From: Guillardia theta CCMP2712 | Lineage: Eukaryota; Protista; Cryptophyta | NCBI RefSeq assembly: GCF_000315625.1 | Contig: NW_005434617.1 | Coordinates: forward strand, 280,632-344,631 | Direction of reading: 5' to 3' | DNA: 64,000 nucleotides | Part shown: positions 49,837-60,852 of the stretch, in pieces | Layout of the letters: each line of letters starts with the position of its first letter | Numbering within the stretch: the first letter of the stretch is position 1 | Translations under genes and position numbers: made by a program | Notes under the pieces: model-generated | Told to the model about the DNA's origin: nothing | Seen by the model: only the letters and a program-made list of their open reading frames with translations | Databases searched by the model: none

Positions 49837-50319
49837 ATGGCCTCCCCGCCCCCATCCCGCTGTCCCCCTCCTCCTCAGCCCAGCACCAAGGTCTTCCTCT
49901 TCCCCCGAAGCAAGTCTGGCCGCAAGCTCCTCCCTCACAAGGGAAGGAGACCCCAGGCCTTCGACCTCCCTGCCCTCCAGCGTCACTTCCACCTCCCCCT
50001 CCTCCAGGCCAGCGCCGCCCTTGGCATCTCCGTCACGGCCCTCAAGAAGCTCAGCCGCAGGCTGGGCATCCAGCGGTGGCCGTATGAGAGGAGGGACAAG
50101 CCTCGACGTAGTCCCTCGAGTAGGCGAGGCAGGAAACAGCAGCGCTCCTCCCCTTCTGTCGCTCGAGGAGGCAGGAGTGCCGCTGTCGAGGGAAGAGAAG
50201 CCGGAGGAGGAGGAAGAGAGGTTGGCTGGGAGCCCATCAGCCGGGCATGGATCGAGTGGTACCTGGGCTGCGAGGACGACATCGAGGAGAGGGATTGCGG
50301 GAAGGAACTCTTATGTTGA
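49837..50319 (+). CDS. RWP-RK domain transcription factor, copy 3 (160 aa, different C-terminus)
   Basis: Near-identical to copies 1 and 2 until ...IEER, then DCGKELLC*. Confidence 0.85.
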   Translation: MASPPPSRCPPPPQPSTKVFLFPRSKSGRKLLPHKGRRPQAFDLPALQRHFHLPLLQASAALGISVTALKKLSRRLGIQRWPYERRDKPRRSPSSRRGRKQQRSSPSVARGGRSAAVEGREAGGGGREVGWEPISRAWIEWYLGCEDDIEERDCGKELLC

Positions 50320-50644
50320 GCATGTTTCACATGCGTGGACAGCAAGAGCAGCTATGAAAGACATCGATTCTCCTGTACTGGTAAGATTGGCAATACTCGA
50401 GGAAAAGTCAACGCACGAGGGAGGTTGGTTGTTTGCCTGGCCTATAGAAGAATCTGAGGCAACTCCTTGAGTTGGTATGTGCCACAAAGCTGTTTTATGT
50501 TTATGATGCTTCTCGAATAAACTTCATATTGCTTCATATTGACTACTCTTCACCATTGTGTCACAGTGTAATCCGGCTGAGGTGCTTTGAGCACTCGTAA
50601 AGCTTCGGGGTGCGACACAATCAACGGAAGTGTTTCTTCAGCAC

Positions 50645-51240
50645 AGCCTCCGTGACGATCATGTGACAGCACTCAGTGACTCCCGTGGATCATCCGGCCG
50701 GACTCCGGGATCACATCCGCGCAAGCGCACGGGGACTGAATGAGCCTCTGGCAGCCTCCGAGGCTCCGAGAGGCCCGGCAGGCTCAAGTGCCAGGCTCAG
50801 CTCGGGGGATGCCAGTGACGGCTCGGACCGTCGGGGCCCGGGCCGTCGCCGTCACTTGAATGCCAGTGAGCCCCTGGCGCCGGCCCGGGCCCGCCGTGAG
50901 GGCCCGCCGGGCGCCCGTCCGGAAACCGTCCGGTATTCCCGGAGTTCAACGCCCGGCCGCCCGGAACTTCCGAAGTTGGTGGGCCGCCGGGCCCCGCCGG
51001 CCCGGGGGAGCCCGGGCCTTGAGATCACGGTTGACTCACTGTTCACCCGTCTTTTCTGATCACTGTCACTGTCAGTTTCCGGGCCGCGACGGTGCCAACT
51101 GCAAGCCCAGTTGCTTGCCAGTGACTGCGAAACTCGGAAGCCGCGCCACGAAGGTCCCGGGCCGGGGCCGACTCGGCCTCCGGTACGCCGGATTCAATCA
51201 GTCACTGAGTGATTTCAAGTGACATTACCCGCACAGCCTG
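50645..51240. other. GC-rich intergenic island 8
   Basis: ACTCAGTGACTC, GGGCCCGG and GTCACTGAGT words; retains relic anchors of the spacer at 46610-46900. Confidence 0.8.
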
Positions 51241-52242
51241 CCGCACCGAAGGGCTCGCCGCGTCAAAGATGAGGCTGAGAAGTTCGACGCCGCGATAGAT
51301 TTCGGCAACCTGAGCACCGAGGACGAATCCGACAAGAATTGAGCGATTCTCTAATCGATTCAGTCAATAAAGGTCCAAACGGTTTGAATGATTGTCCGCC
51401 ATATGTTTCTCATTACTATGATGTATTCTAGTGACGAGGTGATATCGTGTAGATGGGGTATGATATCCTCTAAAAGCCTATCTAGAAACATGCGCTGAAG
51501 GCGGGTGAGGGTGGCATCGTTCCCGAGGGGCATAAGGATGTTGGCCGCCCGGCGGCGTTTTATCTGCCTGTGTGTCAAGGGACTCGGACCCGGAGTCGGA
51601 CCACGGTACGCGAGGCCCTCCTCGTTCGTGAGCCAGGAGGATGTCCAGCTGCTGGTTATCCTTGCCGATCATGCTGATCACCTCCCACCTCAGCCTGTCC
51701 GTCCGCTCCAGATAATCCAACCCGTCCGAGTCGAGCCGCCTGAGTCAGTGAGGTTGAGGGCGATGATTCTTTTTTCCTGCTGCCTGAAAGGGAGGGGTGT
51801 GAAGTAGGGGGAATATGGCGGTGGTCAGGGGGTGGTACGGTCTTAGTTCTTGGGCGGGAAACCATCAAAAGTTTGTGGCCGTAATGCTGGGGCGATCTGA
51901 GGGCATCGATGAAGAATAGGCAGAGCGAGTAGAAGGCGACAGGATGCAGCAAGGGAAGGGCGGGCAAGCGGCATAAGAGGGGATAGGGATTTGTGTATAG
52001 TCTGTCCAGTCTTGATTCCTTCTGTCATAATCCTAAATGTTTGTGACATTGCTGTCTGTATCCAGCTTTGAATGTGTGATGCATTTCTGAAGAAGTTTCT
52101 GGATTGATATCGATTTTGTTCATTCGAAATCGAGCTCGAAGTGCTGTAATCATGAGCATTGAAAAAGATGTGTCTGTTATGATCTGACCTGGGAAACTAG
52201 GAAAACTCATTACGAGGAACCATCTACCAAATCGAAAAGACA

Positions 52243-53570
52243 ATGTGGAGCCCCAAGACTACAGCGACATGGAGTTTTGGACCCAAATATCGTGCTTGGC
52301 AGCCCAGGGGTCAACAAAATATGTATGAAGATGATGCTGAAAACTTTGAGCAAGGAAAACCAAATTTTTTCTCATTCTCACCGTGTGGTCAAGATGATTT
52401 GATCAAAGGAAGCCCACAACTCCCAACGAATGAAGATTCCAATTCATTTCTAATGACTTCAACACAATCGTATAGTTGGACTGAAAATGATCAGGGACAA
52501 GAGCATCATTCAGTATGGAATCCTTGGCAATCCACCCATGATTTGAATCCGGAGCTTGCAATTCTGAAAATAGACGAGGTCACCTCGTTGACGCAGTCTT
52601 GCATACCTCATCCTATTCTACAAAACATTCATGTTCAAACTCAAAATCCAACAAACCCTTTCCTTCCATTGAACAGAACTTGGCATGGTGGATTGTCGAG
52701 TCCTTTGCGAACCCCTGAAGAGACAGGAGGCAGAGTTTTGCATGAAATTCAACCTGCGGCAATAACCTCAAATCCTTCTACTCCTGTAAAAGCTAGTTTT
52801 GATGTTTGTCTTGCTGTAATTGACTTGAGGACAGAAATTTCCTTTCAAAACATCTATCCAAAATTCCTTATATTTTGAACAAGGCCATCGTAACATAACC
52901 GAATTTCAGACAATGCTTGATCAGTCGGGTAAAAATCTGGAGCAGAGTTCAGTATCGATAGATATAATCATACTATGCATACAGATGAAATGGACTTGTT
53001 TGCGGGCATCAATTCATTGTGTTTGAATCAAAACGATTCGTCACCGTCACCGATGCCTCCCAAGGTAAACGATCTGTGATATGGCGAATGCTCGCTGTCC
53101 TGAATTTGTTCGCATGTTACAGCCCAAGGTCCTTCAGAATACTGACAGTATGAGAACCCGGACCTCAGAAGAAGAAAAATTTGTACAAATGTGTGATGCA
53201 ATAGTCGTGCGTGCTATTGTTAGCATCGTGAATTCGTTTGGACATGGACCTTTGGAGCAGGGCCGGTTTGTTTGCCCTTTGAAATATACGAATGACACGT
53301 GACATATCATGCTGATAGAATTGGGAATGCGCTCAGCAAAGAAGAGCTCATCAGAAATTATATCAAAGAACAACATGGATCTCTTGTAAACTTTTTGCTA
53401 TCAGGTACTATTTTTGAGAGACAACGAGGTATAACTTAGTATACTCAATAGAGCAAGGCAGAAAGGTTTTCAAAGTATCAGCTGGGATGAACGGGTTGTA
53501 TACTATGAGCCATCTACCAACAATACTGATAGATTTTGGGCAGATGCTATTTCGTGTCTCTTCTTTAACT
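52243..53570 (+). CDS. Hypothetical AT-richer multi-exon protein; end approximate
   Basis: 211-aa ATG ORF followed by further coding-like segments with GT-AG signals; no family recognised. Confidence 0.4.
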
Positions 53571-53854
53571 TGAAGATTTCTCGGCGATGCATTCTTCCTT
53601 GTTTCCGATTGCTGCCTCCGGAATACCCAAGATTTTCCTATGTTTGTAACATGCATTAATCATCTGACATTACAATCAATACAATCATGCGATGTGTACT
53701 GGAGACTTGACTGTTCATGTTACATATCTACATTACTTGAACAGTGTCATACTCTTGCCAGGGCAAGGAGCTCTAGGACTGGTAGGGAGTGGCTGAAAAC
53801 TAGCAAGCTGGGCAGGCACGCATGCGGATCGCGAACTTCATAGATTTATTAAGT

Positions 53855-56800
53855 TCATACTTGCATGTCCATACTGACAAGATTCTCTTCTCCTTTCTCC
53901 CAAGCTGCTGCACAATCAAGACGGACACACAGCAACACAGCAGGTAAGCTCTTACCGTCGGACCATAAATCCTGCCCTCTCGACAGGACGTGAACGATGT
54001 CTGTACGATTCGCCTCTCCTACGGCACCGTTAGGTCGAAGGTCGATCCAGCCACGCAAGTCAAAGGGTGAGAGAGTGAGGAGCAAAATCTCACCCTTCAT
54101 CGAGGACGTGTCGGGGCAAGGGGAGTCGTTGATCTCCGAGTTTAGCTGCTTCACTTGCTTGCGCAGGAGGAGGACTTCTTCCTGGATGGAGACCGAAACC
54201 TTCTCCATCCTCCTCATCTCCTCCATGCTGCTATTGTGCTTTGCATGCAGGCCATCGACAACCGCCTGCCATGAGTTTAGCGAGCACAAGCTTGCAACAA
54301 GGAGGGGGATGGGGAAGAGCAAGACGAAGGGAAGCGAAAGGAAGAGAAGGCATCACCTTCTTTGCTTCGACACGATCTTGAATCTCTCGCAAAGACGCGT
54401 TTCGCCGGCTCAGATCTTGCAACAGCAGCATGCGCTGCTCCACTTTGCTCTGACGCTCTCGGGACAGAGGGATGAAACTCTCTGTGATGTTCTGCCTCTC
54501 TGCCGCAAGCTGCTCCAGCTCTTCCTTGGCAGTTCCAATGTCAAGCTGGAGCAGTCGGATTCCCTCCTCCTCGTCCTCCACTCTGGATCGCAGCTGGTCT
54601 GCCTCATCGAGCAGGGACTGGAAGTCTAGACGCTCGATCTTCTGGAGCAGCTCCTGCTTTTCTGCCTCCACCTTCCTCATGTACGCCTCCTGCTTCCTCA
54701 GATCTTTCTCCACTTCCTGGCAGCGAGCTTCAAGCTCCGAAGTCCGTGCAAGCTCGTCCGCCAGTTCCTCCCTCGAGATCTTAAGCACGTCTCGCTCGGC
54801 TAGCAGTGCCGTCCTCAGCTGGAGGAGGAGGGTGTTGCTCTGGACGTAGGTCTTGTTGTGCTCCTCCTCTGTCCTCTTGGTCGCTTCGTGCTTCTCCTCA
54901 CATATGAACCTGTCAAACTTGACGCACTGGATCTGTGCTGTCCTTTTTCTGAGCTCCTCTCTTGAGTGCAGAATCTTTTTGATCATTGCCGCCTGCTCAG
55001 ACGTGAACTTGGCCTTGTGTTCCCTCAGCTCCTGCGCATCCTCTTCCAAGCGGCTGAGGGTGGGGAGGAGGCTTGCGATGACCCTCTCGTTCAGCTCGGT
55101 CAAGTTCTTCTTCGCCTCAACCTGCATGGCGTTGATGTACAGCTCTCGCTCGAGGTCCTCTTCCAGCAAGTCCCTCTGATCCCGTAGCTGCTGGACGTAC
55201 GTCTCAAGTGACTCCTTCTCCTCCTCCGTCGGCTTCAGGCCCGAGCTGAAGAGCTCGGACAGATCCTTGTTCCGCGTCACCTCCCTGTCGCAGACTTCGA
55301 GGAGGTTCTCCATGCTCTGATTCGCAGCCTTGATCTTCCCATCAACTTCCAGCTCCTCCCTTCTCAACACCCCGAGCGTCTTGTTGAGGGAGTCCTGGCG
55401 ATGCTGTTGATCGTGGACTTCACCCTGCTTCTCCTTCCTCTCCTTCTTGATCTTCTCCAACTCTCGGAGGCTCGAGGCGACCTGCTCCTCTAGCTCTTCC
55501 AACGATTGCTTCCCTTCCTGCACTTCGCGCGTCATATTTACATTATTTACAGAGAGGAGGTGTAGGGAGTTGGTGATCTTCTCCTCCAACGCCTCCAGTT
55601 GCTCCAGCTGGGAGAGTAGAGGAGCCCAGCTGCCCTCCGGCAGCTTGCTTGTTGAGTTGTACAGTTCGTCCCTCGTGCGGGTGAGGAGCGACACGAGGGA
55701 GAGGGAGAGCTGGTTGTGGAACGAAATGTTCTGGTACTTCTGCACGCACTTCCTCATCCTCGCCTCCATCTCCAAGATCCTCTCCTTCATGCCCGTCTGG
55801 CGGTTCCTGTGGAAGGAGGCCTTCTTCGCTGCTATGCCGTCCAGCTTCTGCTTGAGATCGTTCATGATGGAGGAGGCATGCAGCCCAGCCATCGAGTTCT
55901 TCATCGCGATGACTTTCTTCTTGCTCCTCTCGTACTCTCCCTCCAGCTTCTTCAAGCTCTTCGATGTTTCCTCCCCTGCCTTCTCCATGTCCTTCACGGC
56001 GTTGTGGAGAGGATCTCGCTGGGCTCGCATCCTCTCCAGCTCCTTCTCCTTGAACCGAAGACACTCCACTAGGCCCGTGCGGGCTGCTTGCGCCGCGCTC
56101 AGCTCACTTTCTTGCTCCTTGCGAGTCTCCTGCTGCATGTCGTGGAGGTGCAGGAGGAGCTTCTCGGTCTCTTTCTCCTTCATGATCCCTTCCTGGTGTA
56201 TGGCGAGCAGACGATCCTGCAGGCTCCTCTCCCTCGCCTTCATCATCGCCTGCTCTTCCTCCGCCCGCCGGAGGCCCTCCTCGTACTCCTCCTGCCTCTT
56301 CTTCAGCTCATCCAGCTGCTCCTTGAGTGTCTTCACGAGGCGCGACCCCTGCTCAAGTCTTCTGCTCATCGTTTCCTGCGTGTGGCTCGCAACCTCCTGC
56401 GCGCTTTGCAGCTCCGCCCTCAGCTCTGCGAGACGCCCTTCGAGTTCCCTCTTCCTGCTTCCACATTCAGCACAACCCTCTCCTCTCCTCTCCTCTCCTC
56501 TCTTCCTCCCGGACCTGTCTTGAAGCTTCTCGAGGACTTTCCTAGCTCGCATCTTTGAAGTCTCGTAGAGGGAAGCGCGGTTCTTGACTCTCTCCAGCAT
56601 CTCGGTGCTCTCCTTCGCCTGCTTGTGAACTTCCTTCCTTGCCTCCTCCAGGTGCTGCAGCTTCTCCTGCACCTTCGCCAGCGCTTCCAGCGCGCTGTCC
56701 TTGGACGAGTAGCTTCTCTTCCCCTTGATCAGGTGCACCTCGGCATTGCACTTCCTCAGCGCCTGCTGCAACTCCGTCCTCTTCTGCAGGAGGTCGAAGT

Positions 56801-58713
56801 TCCTGGCCTGTACTACCTTGAGAGCAGAGGAGAGCTCCCCTGCCGTCGAGAACTGCGAGTAGGGCAGCGGCCTCGCTCCCTCACTCGCCCTCCCCTTCGT
56901 CCCTACAGGAGGATGCGGCGCTGCTGCTTCCTCGGGCATGCGGACGTAGGTGACTTGCCTCTGGACCTGGTTGAACCGACCGTCGTTGATGAAGGTGTCC
57001 GACCCCTCCAGCACGAGCTCACGGTCTGGGATCCTGTCCTCCCACTTGTACACGTCACCAGACACCTTGATCACGTACTTGTACAGTGCCTTCCCTTCGC
57101 TCGCGCTGCGCAGCCGGGCCCGACCGGTCCACGTCGGGTAGGTGTCCTTGGTAGTGGTCAGTTGGATGCCCATTGAAGGGATCCAGGAGCCCAGGGCAGG
57201 GTCGCTGCCGCAGACGAAGACCTCCTCGCCGTAGTTAGTGTTGACCGTCACCTGGAAGGTAACCAGGTGCTTCGCCTCCTCCTCCTCCTCGCTCGACTCC
57301 TGCTGTTTCCGCGTCGCTCGTGGGGGATTGCTCACTTTCTCACTCCGGACAGTCTCCTCCGCCGTCTACCGTGAGGTGTGAGGGAGGGAGGAGGAAGAGG
57401 GCAGGGAGGCAACGAGGTGGAAGTCAAGGAGGTTCAGAAGTTCGTCTCACCTTGTGCCCATGAAGGGGAAGTGTGCTCGAAACCTCCTTCTCCTGCAGGT
57501 TGAACTTCCCGTCTTCGCAGACAAACTCGATGACGTCGTTCTTCGAGTTCTCTGCGAGCCAGTCAGGCAAGCGGGCAAGACTACGGCCTTGACTCACCGA
57601 CTGCATCCTGAATATTCCGATAAAGCTGATGCGGAAGTTTCCTGATAGCTCGCCGTCAAAGAACTTTCACAAGGCAGCTCCTTCGTCACCTGTCGATGAC
57701 CTTCTCTTCCCACTTGAGCCTGGACCCATCGCGCGAGATCGCCACATACTTGTAGAAGATCGGATTGACGTCGTCCAACACGACCTGTACCAGTGTCGAC
57801 ATCAAACAGGCGCCACCGAGCCTTTCACACAACCTCCACGGTGCCGAGCCAGTTAGGGAACAGAGAGGCTGTTGTCTTCAGCTGCAGCAGCGTCATCTCC
57901 CCCACCTCTCTCCCTCAATTCATGTGCGCATGACGTACCTGCAGCCCATTCTGCGGGATCCAACTCCCCAAGGCCGGATGATTCCCAGAGATCCAGAGGG
58001 TCTCCCCAAAGTCTGACAGGTACCAGATCTTGAAGCTCAGCCGGACCTTCACTCCCTTCTTTGCCTCGTACAGGCCAGGAAGAGGGGCAGCGTCTGCAGC
58101 CGACCCTCCAGCTCCGAGATACTTGCTAAGCTCGATGACGCCTATCAAGTTCTCAGCGTCTGAAGGAATTTCACCCGAACGCTGTGGTGCACTCACCCGG
58201 GCTCGAGTTGTCAAGGCTGACTTGAAAGTTCTTCATCTCCTGCAAGAAACCCTGTTGAGAGGGTAAGGGAGTTGAGAGCAAGAGAGTACATCAACCTTGA
58301 CGGAGATGTTGGGAGCGTTGAGCCCGAGCCTTAGCAACCCATCAGCAAATACACACGCGTGCACAATCTCATTACTCAGCAGTGTGCATTCCATTCTGCA
58401 AGGAATGGCCCAGGAGAGAGAAGGAAGGCTTCAGGTTCACGCCATCCAAATGATTCTCCTGCCCTGCTGCCTGTCTTGTTGCCCAGCTCGCTCCCTTCCC
58501 GCCTCGATGATGAAACGGCTCAGCCCCTGTCCTGTTTTGAACGATGCCGTCCGACTTTCCCCCTCGCAAGGAGCCGATGGCCGGCAGGCACCTGTGGGAT
58601 CGGAGCGTCGAGCATGGCCACTTAGGAAATGATTGTTCGCCTCCAGAAAGCACAAAGACGTCCGTCCAGCACGAGAGGAGGAGGAGCGCCACCAGGAATC
58701 GCCCCGCAGACAT
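53855..58713 (-). CDS. Signal-peptide protein with two CBM20 starch-binding domains and a very long coiled coil, multi-exon
   Basis: N-terminus MSAGRFLVALLLLSCW..SLRGG; CBM20-1 FGETLWISGNHPALGSW..FPNW..FYKYV..KWE (~57710-58050); CBM20-2 YGEEVFVCGSDPALGSW..YPTW..LYKYV..KWEDRIPDR (~56975-57270); then more than 800 aa of Glu/Lys/Leu/Gln heptad-rich sequence. Confidence 0.85.
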
Positions 58714-59724
58714 GGTAGGATGTGAAGAGATCAGGTCGTGATGGCTTCATGCTTCTCCAGGTCAAAGCTCGCACGGCAGAGAGGGATCGGCATGCTCTCC
58801 ATTCATGTTCACGCCTCACCACATGGAACCCCCTCCTTCCAGCCCCCCACAGCAGCTAGCCTCTTACCATGCCGTGTCTCTGAGGAACCTAGTGCCAGGA
58901 CTTGCGGGTCTCAGAGGGGATCAAGGGGGATCGAACTCTCTTGCGCGGGATTAGATCCACGCAGGATCGGAAGAGAGAGGGGCCTGGAATGCAAATCACC
59001 ACACGGAACCATCCCACAAGCCGTCCTCCTATCACGCTACATCTCAGGGCTTCAACCTCGTCCTCGTCCTCGACTCTCGCGCCCTTCACTGTGCTCATCC
59101 CACTATGTCTTCTGGGTCGTCTCATCCACCTACAGCCCTCTGAGCTCTTTCAAGAGGTTCCCCGACGTTCCTCCTCTCACACCATCACCCTCCTGAACTT
59201 TGAAACTAGCCACTGCCCCACCTCCCTACCCGCCTCCTCGTCCCGCCAGTCCCGCAATGTCCATGCTAACAGCGCTGATAATCCAACAGCTACTTGGGTA
59301 AGAGCTTCCCCTCCTCGTCCTCCCCCNNNNNNNNNNNNNNNNNNNNNNNNNNNNNNNNNNNNNNNNNNNNNNNNNNNNNNNNNNNNNNNNNNNNNNNNNN
59401 NNNNNNNNNNNNNNNNNNNNNNNNNNTCCCCCTCCCCACCCTCCCTCCCTCCTAACCCCCCCTCCTCCCCCTCCCCGTCCTCCTCCGCCTCCCCCCTCCC
59501 CCTCCCCCTCCCTCCCCCTCCCGTCCCCTCCCCCTTCCCACTCCCTCCCTCCCTCCCCCTCCCCCTCCCTCCCCCCCTTCCACCCGCCCCCCCCCCCTCC
59601 TCCTCTCCGCTCCCTCCCTCCCACCCTCCCTCCTTCACCCCTGCATCCCTGCCCCTGCATGTGACGCCTCTCAGCCGCCGCCGTCCCCCCATCCCCGCGC
59701 ACCCCTACATCCCCTCATACACCA

Positions 59725-60250
59725 CACGGGGCGGCCCCGGCGCGGCCGCGGCGCCGGGCGGCCGCGACTCCGTGGCACTTGCGCGAGTCACTGGCAAGGC
59801 TCGGCCGGGCCGCCGTCTCAGTCGGGCCGGGCCGCGGCGTCTCAGCTGAGCCGGCGCGCTCCCGGCCCGGAGTCTGAGTCACTGCTGGGAAGGCTGCAGC
59901 CAGGGCCAGCCGGACACGTCACGGCGTGCTGCCTGGCGGCCACCCGGCCCGGCCGGGCACTGCGTGGCCGCGCCGTTATGTGCCATTCAGGGCCCGGGCC
60001 TGGCAAGTTGGCTGAACCAGACCGTACCGGCGCACGGTCCCGGGCCCGACATCATCACTGCCACTGCCACTGAGTCATGCCATCACGGCGTAGTACGGTC
60101 TGATTTCCGGTTGGCGGCCCCGGGCAAGTTCAAGCCGCGGCCGCCCCGGCCAGTTCCGAGTTCCGATGCCATGCTTCAACTTGACCGTACAGTGGACCCG
60201 GTGACCCCGGGCGGGCCCGGCCCGGCCCGGGACACGGCGGTATGAGGGTC
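59725..60250. other. GC-rich intergenic island 9, between divergent genes
   Basis: GAGTCACTG, CTCAGTC, GGCCCGGCC and CCGTAC words; C-rich tract to the left. Confidence 0.8.
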
Positions 60251-60852
60251 GCAGCAGTGCGGTCTGGATCTTCGATACCCCTACCTCATAGTGTTGATTT
60301 GGGGGTCCTAGTTATGTTGAGGGTAGTTTTTTTTGAAACTTTGATCAACATATTGACCCCAGTACCCACCAGCCCAAACTACCACCGGTCATTTACTGAG
60401 CATTGGAAGGTCACAATAACGGGGTACTAAAGAGAATGAGTGGTACCACTACCCCGTAGGAGATCCTGATGAAGTTGCTCAATGGTGGCATATGGAGGAA
60501 ATCTAGCCAGTGGACGGCGCTGTGGAAGTAGAGGAGAAGAGGAGGAAGATGAGAGGAGGAAGATGAGAGGAGGAAGATGAGAGGAGGAAGATATGGTGAA
60601 GAAGAACCTTCAGAGAGGCAGTAAGGCAAGATGAGTGCGTGAGAAGATGAATCAAAAGTTTGATGCAGGAAAATACGATCAGTGCAACTGACACTAAAGT
60701 CCTCCGCAAGTTGTTTGGAGCCTTCTCCCAATCCTTATAATATCAATCATTCTTCCTTCGGCTAACTTGTTTGTGAGATTGTAGATGCATCTTCCTCTGT
60801 CGTAATTCCACAGCTCCATCTTCAATTTTGAAATTCGAACTTGAATGGGGGC

